A stretch of 64,000 nt of DNA from the human T2T-CHM13v2.0 reference genome, Homo sapiens: NCBI RefSeq assembly GCF_009914755.1, contig NC_060935.1; one strand, 5' to 3'. The position numbers and the translations under genes were made by a program. The notes beneath the pieces were generated by a model. That model searched no databases. It was not told where the DNA came from and saw nothing but the letters and a program-made list of their open reading frames with translations. Positions 32,251 to 46,739 of this stretch are shown here, piece after piece (the stretch's first letter is position 1; the number at the start of each line of letters is the position of its first letter).

Positions 32251-33260
32251 GTCACTGTGATTATTGAGAGCACCCATGGGATAGGCAAGGTCCCCTGAGA
32301 AAGGGCAAGCAGAGTGCCATCTGCCAAAAACCTAAAAATGATGGCAAAATTACAGGCCAGTAACTAAATGCTTACTTTTAGAGAGCTCCTGGAACAAATC
32401 AATCTCCATCAGGAAAGAGGAAGATTCTTTGAATGGAAACTGAGCTCTCTGCCAGGGACCTCTACACCCTTCCCAGAACCATCTGGTGAGCTTGCAGCAT
32501 GGCTGGTCACCCCACTCACTATGGACAGATGGGGAAGCCAAGGTCTCAAGGCAAGGCCTTGCAGATAGGCAGGAGCAAAGCTGGTCTTAAAACGCTGGGG
32601 CATCAGGCATCACTGTCAGCCTCAGGGAGCTGAGGCTCTCTGGCCTGGGCTTCTCCAAGAAGGTAGGAAGAGGGCAGGGCCAGCTACAGGCTGTATCTCC
32701 TGAACACAGCCACTGGAAATAGCATCACTTCCACATCCAAAAGTTCTACCCATCCCATGCCACCAGCACTCGAGTCTCTCGTCTATAGTTGGAGAAATCC
32801 AGGGATGAATAAAGCAGACCAAGTCCCTAACCTTGTGGGGCTCACATTCGGTTAGGAGAGAATGACAACAAATAAGTAAACATATAATGACACTATGGTT
32901 TCAGGCAATGAAAACTGCTATAATGAAAAATAACACAGTGAAGGGAATAGAGTGTAAGAGGTGACATTTGGACAAGAACCAATGGAAGTGAGGCAGTAGC
33001 TATGCAGGAATCACAGAGACGAGCATTCCTGGAAGAAAGAACTGCTAGAACACAGGCACAGAGGGGAAAGGTATTTAACCATTTCTCAGTGGGCTTTATA
33101 CCACCAGCCACCACTCCCTAACCTGCTCCAATAAATACCTGCCCTTTCCTGCTTCAAAGGCCTCCTCCCTCTGGCAGTTCACCACCGTAACTCCCCCAGA
33201 AGCTTTCTCCAGGAAGGAGAGACAAAATATCTGTTGCCCCCTCCCTAAAGCCTAAAGGGC

Positions 33261-33617
33261 TGCTACAGACTGAATGGTTGTGTCCCCATCAAATTCATAT
33301 GTTGAAATCCTAACCCTTAATATTATGGAGACAAGGCCTGTGGGAGGTGATGAGGTCATGAAGGTAGGGCCCTCATGAATGGGATCATTGGCCTTATAAA
33401 AGAAACCCCAGAGAGCTCCTTTACTTCTTCTGCCATGTGAGGCACAGCAAAAAGGTGAGAGTCTATGAACCAGGAGGCAGGTCATCACCAGACACCAAAT
33501 CTTCTGGTATTTTGATTAGGACTTCCCAGCCTCCAGAACTGTAAGACATAGGTTTCTATTGTTTATAAGCCACCCAGTCTATATCACTTGGTATAGCAGC
33601 CTGAATGGAATAAGATA
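33261..33617 (+). mobile_element. MLT1A0-like MaLR solo LTR
   Basis: tgctacagactgaatg...aaattcatatgttgaaatcctaacc...ggacttcccagcctccagaactgt...taagccacccagtcta. Confidence 0.88.
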
Positions 33618-34518
33618 GTCAATTGCTACATTTCCCATAAGGTCACCTTGAGAGGAAGTGGCATGATGAAATAAAATAAGCTTTGATATCAAACACAGCA
33701 GGATTCAAGTGTCTGCTTTGCTTTCTAACTAGCTATGGTACTTTATACAAGCCACTTAGCCTCTCTGAGCCTCAATCCTCACCTAGAATGAAGGGAAATG
33801 AACCCTACCTTAAGGGGCTACAGCAGTATTACCCTCAGGCTGTAGAGCAGTACCTGGCAGAGCACCTAGTACATAGTAAGTACTTGGCAAACACTGGCTC
33901 CCTGCCCTAACCTGATCCCCTTGGAAATTAAAAAAAAAAAAATGTTCTTATTCAACCAATTGTGCTAACTCATGTCTTCAGCATGTCTCTGGCAAGGCCC
34001 TGGGCCTGCCCATCTGTGGGGTATAGGACTTAAGAGATGACCCCTAATTCTATCCATTGCACAGTGTGATGGGAAGCCTTGGTCCAGAGAACTGAGGAGG
34101 AGAACTGGACAGGGCAGAGGCGAGCAGAAAAGATGTGCACATTGCTTTTGCTGTGAGTGAGAAGGTGAAAAATCATTAAGACCAGGCCCTTGAAGAAATC
34201 AGGAAAAAGGCAGACAGTTAACTGCCACTGCCAGGTCCTCTCCCACAGCTGGCTCACTGGCCCTTGTCCCCTGGATCTCCATGGGGCAGCCAGCTAGAGG
34301 TCAGATCCATATCAGTTCCTGTTAAGAGCAAGGACTATCAGCTATTAACTCAGGGTGTGTCCTTATGCAAGACCCTTTCCCTTTCTGGGCCTAGGTTCTC
34401 CCATCCATACAAAAACAGGGAAGGCCTGGGTGACCTCCAGGGGCCCTTTCAGCTCTGACCTTACTAATTCCGAATGATGACTCTACCAGCCTCATCCCAA
34501 GGCTAGCTGGCTGCCTAC

Positions 34519-34537
34519 TGCTGCCATCTGGTGGCCC
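34519..34537 (-). promoter_or_regulatory. Candidate CTCF binding site
   Basis: Minus strand reads GGGCCACCAGATGGCAGCA, which fits the CTCF core CCASYAGRKGGCRS with no mismatch. Motif only; no occupancy data. Confidence 0.6.
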
Positions 34538-36109
34538 TGCAGGCCCAGCCCCTTGTCGAATACACCCACTTCAGAGGGTGACTCCTGCTTCTGCTTCAGG
34601 TGCACACATGCTACACTTCTCTAGACCACAGATCAATGGGTATTCACAGCCAAACACAAAATCCAAATATAATGATAACGCTTCATCTCTCTAGCAGAGA
34701 TGACACAGCTGCAGCTGAGAACATGACCTCCCTTCTCAAAGACAGAAGGTAACCTGCATAAGATCACAGAGCTGCCTGGTTCCCAGGCCAGTACACGGTT
34801 TCACTTTGCCACAATGCTTAGGGCTGGTGGGTACCTGCAAACCAAAAATAAAGTCAGCCTAGAGCCAAGGAACAAAGCTGTTTGAAGGTGGGGAAAAAAC
34901 TGCCAGGATTCCTCGCAAACCTCAAGAAATAGTAAGGCATGGCACGTGAACAGGCTGAGCACTGCTTGCAGAAATTAACTGGAAATACAAACTTGGGGTA
35001 TCCAATGTATCTCCCTAATCTTGGAGGTGATCATTCATAAGAACACCTGCAGGGTCTTCCATAAACCAGGCTCCAAGCCACCACCACAGCCTGGATCCTA
35101 GACTAGGCAGACCACCAAATAGTGGGGAAGACACCTGGGGTAGCATTGTGTGTTTGTGTGAGCTTCCCCCTGCCAGACAGCAGCTCCTCCGGGCAGGGTT
35201 ATATCTTTTCTTCTCTATCTCCAGGCCTCTTAACACCTGGCCAGAGGCGCTCAGTGAATGCAAGTATACAAGTAGATCCTTTAGGTTTCTGCACAACATG
35301 GGACCTGTCTATTCTTTGTGGACTCAACTGATCATACCCTTGGCTCTGTCTGCAGCCTTCCTTTACAGTGTAGACCCTGAAAAAGCACATTGTGTGACTT
35401 TAACTAGGTCGCTTGCTTTTCCAGGCCTCTATCATCGCACATCTGCAGCATACTAGGGTTTTACTGGATGATCTTCGAAGTCCTTTTAATTCTAAAATGC
35501 TAGAATTTGAAACCCCCAGGCAAATCAAGACTGATCTTCACCTGCAGACACAGCCGCTAAAAAATGGGAAAGGGGAAAGTAATCAAACAATGCTTCCCTC
35601 TAGTGGTTCAGTGCTGTCATTACACCCTACCTGCGCAGAGACCCTGTCACTCAACTTCTACTCCAATTCACCCTGAACTCTGAATGAAAGAAATCAGCCT
35701 GCAGCCAGCAGAGCCCAAGTGCAGGGGAGCGGGAGAGAAAAGAAAGAGGCCAGGCTCAAGAAGCCAAAGAGGCCTCTTAGCCAGTTCCACAATAGTGGAG
35801 AAATTATCCATCTTTAGGAACAAATATATTTTGCAACTTAAAGGACCTTTTGTGACCTCCAACTCCCCTCTTCAGATGAAGAAACTGAGGCTCAGGGATA
35901 TTCAGGAGGGTCTTACCCAAAGTCACAAAGCTGACTCATGACCGAGCCAAAAATAGATGGCCACTCTCCTGCCTCCTGCTAAAGTATCTTGCCTCTCTTC
36001 CATGCAACCTCCGAATTGAGGCCCGTGCAAGTGACTTGTCAAGAACATATATACATGGGAATAGATGGCAAAGGAGCCAGTCTCTTGCACTGAGGGGTAA
36101 GTGATCTTA

Positions 36110-36510
36110 TTAACTTTAAAATAGTATTTATAGGAGCTATAATCAAATTGAAAATATTCAAAATTCATCATAGAAAACAAATTCACTCATAATCCCACCT
36201 GGCCCATTTCCTTCTAGTCTTTTCTACAGAAACATTCTTTTTTTCTTTCAACAAATTAGAAGTTACAGTATGGTTAATCATTCTTTTCACTTACTATACC
36301 ACGAGCGTATTCCTGTCATTAAATATCCTTCTAAAACATTCTATTTAATGACAATATAATATTCCAACATATGGCTCTGCCACAATTTGTTTAACCAATC
36401 TCTCTTCAATTTTATTTGTTTCCATACCTTTGTTTTTGTCATTATAAATTAGGCTGCAGTAAATGGCATTATACTTAATCTTTGAATACATCCATGACTA
36501 TTTCTTTAGG
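36110..36510 (-). mobile_element. Ancient L1ME-type 3' fragment
   Basis: cactcataatcccacc...ttttcactta...aatattcca...cacaatttgtttaaccaatc...atttctttagg. Confidence 0.6.
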
Positions 36511-37322
36511 CCAGTTTTATTTTTTATAGGATAGAATTTCAGAGCTGGAATGATCCTTAAAGATTATTATGTAAACGTATTGGCCAGATGGAAGAAAGGG
36601 ACCAGAGAGTTTAGTGTCTTGCCAGAGGACAAAGAGAAAGCAAGAGAAGCAAGTCAAACTCTCCATCTATTAAAATGTGACCTTCCCAAAGCCCAACCAC
36701 AATTTCACACCCTTCCCTGACCAACTTCACCCACACTGACCTCTCCTTCCCCTGAAATCCTAGAGCCTGCAGTGTCTGGGTCACTCCTTCGGCCCTTGGC
36801 CACAATCTTTTTATTCTTCTACTAAATATTTAGTTGCTCATCCAACCACAAGCTTCCTAAAGGTGGTTCTGGATTTTATATTCCCCTGTATTCTGTAGCA
36901 TAGTACTATATACATATAGATAAGCATTTCACAAATATCTGCTAAAGGACTAAAGATACCTATGAATTTCCTTCCAATTGCTTGCCGAAATGTAGTATCA
37001 CTGTCAAAAGCTGGGGAAAGATGTTTCTTTGAAGGGTAAAAGAAGTTTAGCTGATGAGTTAGAGCTCTCTGAGAAACACAAGATCTGGAATTAGAATAGC
37101 AGGCTTGGGGACAAAAGATGGGATTCAAGTTTTAGCTCTGCCCTTCTGTGTGAAACAGGGCAATGCCATTAACGAATTAGGGACTCTTGTGTGAAGTAAG
37201 GATAATAATACTCATCTTGCCAACTTCATATGAGAACATGGATGTGAAAGTACTTTATAGTGATAAAGGTGGTCCGTGAGAGTTATGATTGCTGTTGTAT
37301 TCTCATGTAGCTGCTTCTGTGA

Positions 37323-37819
<497 letters not shown>

Positions 37820-39289
37820 TAAGTCGTCCACACTTCCTCATCATCTCTGGAAAGAATGTAACAAGGCAGAAAGAACACTGTACTGAGAGTCATGAGACTT
37901 GATTGAGTTCTGGTCCTAGCTCCTTCATTCACTCACTGTGCCTCCCCTATTTAGTCCTCAGTTTTCACATCTCTAAACTGAGGAATTAAGGCCAGATGAT
38001 CTCTAAGTTTCCATCCATTACTGACATTCTAAGGATTCTAGGATAAAAACTCATGACTTTAATAAGAATCAAAAAGTATCCATTTCAAAACAAGCCTTTG
38101 GGCTCAGTTTGACTTTCACTCATGGGGTTTTCAAAATTCTAAAGCACAAGCATCATTAATTCCAAAGCACCTGCTTTAAATAGAGCCCATGAGGTCAGAA
38201 TCTCCCCAGGCTTGGTTGAAGTTTCATGATATATGGTCCCAAAGAAGATGGAGTAATGTATACTGTCACCCTATTCTGAAAAGGATCTTGGCCCCAAAAC
38301 AGAAAAATCAGCATTAGGTATATTTATAAACTCAGTTTAGTGTGAATCAATGGCTGGGCTTGAATTTCACTAATGCTTAGACATCAAATGCAATAAAATA
38401 TTTCTTGGGCTGTGACACTTGAAAGAGTAGCTAACAGCCAGTCCCTTTCATATGTACCATACAATTCCCCTCTTTAGGAAAACAAATAATAAAAAACCTC
38501 AATCAAAAGGATATAACCACAAATCAAGAGGACACCGATGGAAGGGAGAAAATTTCACTGGAAAGTAGAACTAGATTTCTAGCTTAAAGTTGCCATAAAG
38601 TCACTTTCTCTCTGCTTGGTTTCAGTTTTTTCATTTGCAAAGTGAGGAAGTTGCTTCTTCCATCATTGATTCTCTAAAACTTCTAAGACTCTTTGGCTCT
38701 TTAAGGTAACACTGAAGAAAGTAAAGAATGTCAAAGAACTCCCTGTATTTGTTCTCACTTTTTCAATCCATATTCCTTGTAAGACCACAAGGCTACTTTG
38801 GGATACTGCATGATTCAGGGAAAGCTTCCAGCACCCCAAAAGCAACTGGATTCTAGACATTCTGACCAACTCCACATTAAGGTTTAGATCTTGTGTAAAT
38901 AATTCCCTTTGAAATTCTAACACACCGTCAGCAACCAGCACTTGTAACCAGCATTTGTAAGCACTGATCTTTCTGCACTCTTCAGGAGAGTTCTGAATCA
39001 ACTTGTCACCCATCCAGAGACATTCACATCCAGCCCCACAGAGATATAAAGAGAAGAAATGGAGCATGTGATCTCTAGAGAGCTCAAGAGTTTCCAAAAG
39101 AGTAGTGGGAGCTAATGTGTCTTTAAAAGACATATGAGCCAGTCCTGTGCTGGATGCTTTAATACATCATCTGTTTTAATCCTCATATCAGGTCAGCAGT
39201 TATTTCCCCACTTTCCTAATAAGGAAATAAGTTCAAAGAAGTTGGGTTTTTTCATTTGTCCAACATGTCTTAAGTAGGCAAAAGCAAGC

Positions 39290-40350
39290 ATGGCTCCTGC
39301 CTTCATGGGGCTTACAGTCTAGTGGGAAAGGAAATTAGTCAAAGAATGCTACCAAAAAAGAGCACAAAAGAGAGGTTTACGGTGCTATGAGAACAGAAAA
39401 AAAAAAAAAGGAGAAATGACTAGTCAGCAATGTCAAGAGAAGTTCTCCCAGATACCTAAGTTAAGGGTTAAGACTTTAAAAAAAAAAAAAAAGGATTTAG
39501 CTAAGTCAAACTGAAGAAGAGGTGCATGGATAAGTGGCCAAATAGAGGGAATATCAGGTGCAAAGGCACTATGGTGGGAAATGAATGATGCTTTCAAGGG
39601 ACCAAGCAAAGGCCAGAGTGCAGATTGGATAGGGATCAAGAACTAGCATGGTGAGAAATGGGACTGGAAAGGTCAGCAGACATCAGATTACATAGGACCT
39701 GTAGAACCACTAAGGATTATATTTTCATCATAAGAGCAATGGGAAGCCATATGAATGTAACACAATGGGTTTGAAGAGATCTTTCAACTGAGGTATGAAG
39801 AATGGGTTGGAGGGGAGAGGGAGGATATTAGTCATTCTCACACTCCTATAAAGAATACTTAAGACTAGGTAATTGATAAAGAGAAGAGGTTTAATTGGCT
39901 TATGGTTCTGTAGGCTGTACAGGAAGCATAGTTCGAGCATTAGCTTCTGGGGAGGCCTCTGGAAGCGTACAATCATGGTGGAAGAGGAAGCGGGAGCTTG
40001 GACATCATCTGACAAGAGCAGGCGCAAGGCAGCAAGAGGGAAATGGTACACACTTTTAAACAACCAGATCTCATGAGAACTCACTCACAATGGCAAGGAC
40101 AGTACCAAGAAGAATGGTACTAAACCATTCATGAGAAATGTACCCCAATGATCCAATCACCTCCCATCAGGCCCCACCTCCAACACTGGGGATTACATTT
40201 CAACATGAGATTTGGGTGGGGACACACATCCAAACTATATCAAGGAGTAAATATGGGAAGACCAGAACACCAGTTAAAGGCTACTGCAGGATTTAGTTAA
40301 GAGGTGACAGTGGGCTGAACTAGGGTGGTGACAATGGAGACAGAGAGAGG
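39290..40350 (-). mobile_element. L2 fragment interrupted by the MSTA LTR
   Basis: Purine-rich L2-type sequence on both sides of the LTR (gcttacagtctagtggg...gagcaatgggaagccat... / ...ggctactgcag...ctgaactagggtggtg). Confidence 0.65.
39824..40242 (-). mobile_element. MSTA-like MaLR solo LTR (same orientation as SERGEF)
   Basis: tattagtc...ggctgtacaggaagcat...aggccccacctccaacactggggattacatttcaacatgagatttgg...aaactatatca. TSD gggag/aggag. Confidence 0.92.
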
Positions 40351-41502
40351 TGGAGCTGCCCACAGTCACACAATCAGTAGGTTAAGAGAGCTAAGATTCA
40401 AGCCTTGGTCTATCTGACTTCAAAGCCCAGGTTTTTCTCTACCTTGCCATTTACTTATTCATTCAGCACTTAGTTACTGATCATCTGTTATGTATCAGGC
40501 CTGTGCCAGATGCTGGGGATATGGCCATGAACAAAACAGACACTGCTCTCATGTAATTTACAGTCTAGACATTAAACAAATAAGAATACAAAGAGATGTA
40601 CACAATTACAAATTGGGATGAGTATCCTGAATTTTAATAGGTAATATTACAAATTAGGCCACGAAAATCTTCCAAGTTGTTGATAATATGAAAGAGCCAC
40701 TTGCCTACTGCATGCAAGTAAAAGACTTTAGAAAACTTTGCTGTCAGAGTTTGATATTGAGTATGGCATCCCTGGCCAGCTCATGAGCTTTCAGGCTAGT
40801 AGTCTCAAGGTGGCATTATCCCTGTGGAAACAGAAGTCTTTCTAAAAGCAACTACTAAGTCTTTAATTTACTTACATACCCCAGGCAGCCATCACTTATG
40901 TATGCATTTTACAATAGTTGGGATCTTTCACAGATTCGTTCACTTGAACATCATAGCAGCCCTATGTAGAATGCAGGCAGGTTTTAATACCAGACTTCAG
41001 AGTTGAGGAAACTGAGGCCTAAACAGGTAAAGTGACTTAATCAAGGTCAACAAACTAGGAAGGCACCCAGATCTGCCATCCAACTCTCATTAAAAGCACC
41101 TCCAGCCAGGAAACCATGAATCTCAGATGAGACACCTGCAGGTCACTGAGCCTGGATAAAGTCACCCAGGAGTCCCATGAAGTTCCTGAGAACAATGATC
41201 GGGAACATTAAGCAGCTTGGGAAAGGTTTCTAGAATGCAGCACCATGAGCCTGAGACACAGGTACCCTTGCCAACTCTCCCAGATTAGAACAGGTTCTCT
41301 TGGACTCTTTCCAAGTGCCTCTGACTAACAGAGAAAAGTATTTTTCCATCACAAACACTGCAGGCAGGCATCAGACAGACTCCTGAGAGGGGAGGGCAGA
41401 GAACACATCCCAGATTCCCATACAGACAATCTATAAAGTTATTCTGATACCATGTGAACTGCCTTAGCTAAGCACCTACCACTGGGGATGTCCAGTATTG
41501 AG

Positions 41503-41626
41503 CAGTGTTTCTCAATCTTGACACTATTAACATTTGAAGCTAGATACTTCTTTGTTATAGGAGACGGCCCTTGCATTGTAGGATGTTCAGCAGCATCCCT
41601 GGCCTCTACCCATTAGACGCCAATAG
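41503..41626 (+). mobile_element. MER20 fragment (hAT-Charlie)
   Basis: cagtgtttctcaatcttgacactattaacattt...gcattgtaggatgttcagcagcatccctggcctctacccattaga. Confidence 0.85.
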
Positions 41627-44248
41627 TGTCTGTGCATAAACTCTTTTTTAATCAATATCACACAACTAATGCCTCCCAGAATGACACTGAGAGCAGCCTC
41701 TGTGCTGATGTGGCCTGCAAGTTCATTCCAGGAACAATTCACCACCGGAGCTTGTGAAAACAACTACAGTCAAATAACTCCTTGTTCCACTAATGAGCTG
41801 CTCCTGACCCTGTGAGGAAATCTTATTCCCATTAATGTGAGTGCTGAGTCTGATTAAATAGAAGCCCTGGGTGTTTCTTCTCAACGACACTGGGCCAGAG
41901 CACGGGCCTCCACTGCTGCTAGAAGGAACACAAAATTGGTGAATCATATAACAGGAAACTCCCATTTACCCAAAATTCAGTACAAAAACCAGGACATTCA
42001 AACATCCCAGGTTTAACCATTCTGGCCTTAGGATAAAGGAGAAAGTGGCAATGTACAAAAACAAGCAATCTGAATTAACAAGCTAAGTAAATAGCTGAAA
42101 CGTTACCAAAAAATCATGCTCTTGAAAGGAGGCAGAAACCTGACGCTGAGCTCCAGAGCAGCTGGGGTGACTCAGACAGTGTCAGAGACATGGGTTCCAA
42201 CCTCCCACCCCAAGGGCTGGGCTGCTGGCCCAGATGTGGGAATCGCATCAGCTAGAATGCTTCAAAGCTAAAATCAAAGAAGCAACATCTTTATGTCTTT
42301 CATTAGTCAACTACCTGACTAGTTAAAGGGTTTACTGACAGACAACCAAATTCACCACCATTTGGTAGTAAGTGTATTTTAATGTACTGCAATTCTTGGA
42401 AGACTGACTAACCATGAAATGCCTACCTGTGAACACCCAATCACTCAAGACTACTGCTAATTTCTATGCGACTTTTGCCCTTTGTACTTAGCTGTATTGT
42501 TGCACATCTCATACTGGAATGTAGTAAAATTTTATCACAGGTCTATCACCCCTAGTGGACAGTGGACTCCTTAAGGGCAAGATTTACATCTAGTACAAGG
42601 CATGGTACATAAAAAGACCCTCACTATTTGTATGATGCATGGATGATAAAGTTTTCCATCTCTATATTCTTAGGCTTACACCTATCTACATATTCTAGTG
42701 GGAAGATATGGCCTATGTCTTTTCTCCTCCATTTCCCCAAGGCTTAACACATTGCTCAATAGGTGCCTAATAAACATTAACCTATTTGGTTGGACACCAG
42801 AATCCAAAGAGACAAAGAAGCTTTCTGTTCATGAACATCTAAGTCCCAGGAAAGAGGTCAGAAATCCTAGCTATCTACCCTGCCTTGTATGCATTTGTGT
42901 ATGTGTAGTCTCTTTTAACTATAAAGAGTTTGATGCAGGAAAATGAGTAAATTCTTTGATAGGCATTGGAGATACAGAAGTGAGCAAGACTAATCTGGTG
43001 GCTTCCTTCACAGAGCTCATTATCTGAAACAAAAGAGAGATATCAACAATTACAAACATACAAAACCCAGCTACTATGCTCAGTGAGTCTCTTTAGGAAA
43101 AGGTTCTGTAGATAAGCCCAATCTTCAAGCAATCTGAATCTCTTTGAGGAAAGTGACGACCTTCCTCCTAATGAATGACACACTTTGCTTAGAGCATCCT
43201 CTAAAGCGGTAATATGGAAAGTTTATTATACACCTTTGTTATACAGGCCTCTATTGCAAAATGATCATGAAATGTTTTAAAAGACCAATTAAAAGCATCA
43301 TAGGTATGACTGCTCATAAGTCTACATTTGTGTATAGAAATGCGTAGTATATGTGACTTACCAAGGATAGCTGAAGCTGACCTGAAAACCTGCAAAAGCC
43401 AGAAACTTCTGAAATAAGAGTCACTAGATATTTGGGAGTCTAGAGATGTGTGTGTAGCTAGCAAGCAGGACAGGAGTAGGCAAGGGAACTCCTGAGAACC
43501 CCTGAAGCTCAGAATACTTTGACATGATAACAGATCTTGGGAATTTCAAATTGGCTGGGGAACTCTGTGAAATCAACAGGCAGGAAGGCAGGGATGAATA
43601 GAGGCCATGAAAAAACAAAATCTGAGGACAAAGTCAACAATATGAAGGCCAGGAAAGTAGAACTGCCCTAAGGGAAAGATGAGAAATAAACGAAGATTCA
43701 AGAAAAGATGAAGATGCCAAAAGCTGTATGGCATGATGTGGTAACATCTGAGGGAATATATGAGATGTCTGAACCAATACACATAGTTTATTAGGTCAAC
43801 AAAAGTTTAAATCAGAATTCCATGCTAGCTATGAATCAAAATAATGTTCCTACCTCAATCTTTAGATATTTATCTTTCACTTAACATTTTCTGATGCTTT
43901 TAATTTAGACTTAGACATGCAAATAGCTATGACAAAGTAAGAACTTCCCAACAAGCTGGACAAATTTCTGGATGATGCTTGCTGCAATGGATCCCTTCTC
44001 AAAACCTCATGGGCTCTTAGGACCGGAAGGAGTTAACTTAACCCAGGCTTGCCTTTTTGGGTACAAACCTGTGACTCTGAGAGGAAAAGCCACATATCTG
44101 GCTGGTGGCAGAACTAGATCCCAGTATCCCCATCTCTGATCTTTAAGCTTTCATCAGTAAAAAGGCTTAACCCCAAGCACTCATGGCTGCTTAGACAGCT
44201 GTCCCCCAGCTGCTCTTACCAACCGTAAGTTCTCTGCTACTGTCTCAC

Positions 44249-44407
44249 CTGTCTGAGCAACCAGGTGTGTCCATCCACTCCAGATGGCAGTGACCTTTTC
44301 ATTCTGGAAACAATGTGCTTCTATTTTCTGGGGCACAGGAAGGAAAGCAGCCTCATTAGCCAGTTGCCCATGCTTGTTGCTTCCCCAAACATACACCTCT
44401 CCTGCAT
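44249..44407 (-). CDS. SERGEF: SERGEF coding exon 8 (159 nt, phase 1->1): DAGEVYVWGSNKHGQLANEAAFLPVPQKIEAHCFQNEKVTAIWSGWTHLVAQT
   Basis: Overlaps ORF 44181..44396. Acceptor ctgtttgtttaag|AT, donor CAGACAG|gtgaga. One complete RCC1 repeat. Confidence 0.97.
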
Positions 44408-45340
44408 CTTAAACAAACAGAAGGGTAACAAAAGAGGTGAGGGAACATTAGTCCAAAATGATGGAAAATAACAGAAGTCTAAAAAATAAGTGGTTAAAAG
44501 AAGTTGTTTTATACTTAGACTACAAGGTTGAGTGGAGCCAAGCAGGTTACAAAATTTGTGTACACCATAATAACTTATTACAAGATTTTCAAAAATTCTA
44601 TACATAAAAAACAAGGCCAAATGTTCTTAGTAGCTTAAGAAATAAAAATGTGTGGTTTTCTCTTCACTTTTTCATTCAACAAATATTTATGCAACATCTA
44701 CCATGTGTATGAGACACATTTCTCTATTTTCTACGTTTTTAAAATATATGCCTATACCTTTTGTATGAAAAAAATGCTTTAAATTTTCAAAATAACAGGT
44801 TAAAAGATACATTATTTAAGCTTAAATTTTTTAAACATAAGATTATTTCACTGCATGCCCTGTCCAGCAGAAAATATAATGCTATAGAATCGCATCTGGA
44901 TAGCACTTCAGTTTGTTTTAACCTCACAATAATCCTGTGATATAAGCAGGAAAGTGACTGACTGACATTGTGATTTAACAGAAAGAGAACAAATTCAGAG
45001 TCAAGTGACTCTGGCTTCTATTCCTGGATCTGCTAACTAGCTATTGACCTTGGACAAATCACTTCCTCTCTAAGACTTAGTTTCACCAGCTGAAAATTGG
45101 AAGGGAAGGCTGTTGGTCTAGAAGGGCAGACAATATGACTGATGACACTGGTAACAAGAATGACTGGCAGGTGACTGTGGCAAGCCAGAGAGTACGTGCC
45201 TATCTAAAAGGCATTCACATTCAAAAATATTTTGTAAATGAAAGCCATACAAAATGAGGCCATGGGCAATAATTTAGCCTATGGCTTGTCAATTTGTGAC
45301 TCCTCAGCTTTTCCAACCCTTATAATCTAAGGATCTACAG

Positions 45341-45627
45341 CTGTACTACCCAATACAGTAGTTCACCACCTACATGTGGCTATTAAACACTTGAAATGTG
45401 GCTAGCCCAAACTGAGATACATTGTAAGTGAAATGCTACTCTCTCACACAATGGACTGCAAAGACTTAGTGCAAAAAAGAGTGTGGCTCCTTATAATTTG
45501 ATATGGGTTACATGTTGAAATAATATTTTGGATATACTGGGTTAAGTAGATATATTATTAAAATTAATCCCACCTGTTTCTTTTTACTTTTTGAACTATG
45601 GCTCATATTATATTTCTATTAGCACTG
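45341..45627 (-). mobile_element. MER33 hAT-Charlie element
   Basis: acatgtggctattaaacacttgaaatgtggctag...aaagacttagt...cacctgtttctttttac...tatatttctatt. Confidence 0.82.
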
Positions 45628-46399
45628 TTCTAGAAGATAAATTAATCAAGGCTGGAAGATATTAAATTCCTTTTCAGGATCACATGGCTAATAAGGAGTC
45701 AAATAGGGACTAGAAGCCAGGTCTTCTGCTTTCACTGCATTTTGTAGCTTCCCAATAAAACTTGATAGTATTGCTTGCCCTAGGGCAGTCTAGTATATTC
45801 CAAAAAACTGACAGAAAGTCAAACAGTATCATTAAGGGGCTTCAGACTAAGGTTCAGAAGTCTCCAGTTCAAGTTCCATCTGTTACCCGATCACTGTTTG
45901 ACACTGGGCACATCACTTCACATTCTAGGTCTGTTTCCTCAACTCCAAAATGAGGGAGTATAAATCAGTGAAACCTTTTTGTCACTGGGGTGACCCTGCA
46001 ACATTGACATTCTGCAGTTCTATGAAGTGAATTTGGTGTATTCCATTCCCAGAGAGAGGTCAACCTCCTGGACTTCATCAGGGTGTGCAAAGTATGAAGA
46101 TCTCTTACAAGATAGCAAAGAAGCCCCCTCAGCAAAGTATCAATCCATTAAGTGGACTGCTGAGCTACAAAGATGCCACTGACGATGAAGCCTGTGTAAA
46201 CAACTTCACTTATCTTAGTAGCTCTAAACCATCTTTTTGAAAGTCAAACTGTCTTCCAGATGAGGATCATTATGCTGTTGCCTCAGCAGGTAAAATTAAA
46301 TTCTGCTGCAATGCCAAATAGTTATATAATCTACAACCACTCCAGAGAAAGTGTCTAAAGAGCATTGAACAAAATCCAATGTGTAACAGCTTGAACTAG

Positions 46400-46739
<340 letters not shown>

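Noticed and set aside
38663-39133. 156-aa minus-strand ORF in intron 8 as an extra SERGEF exon
   Set aside because: No RCC1 motif and no convincing splice sites. Exons 8 and 9 already join in frame.
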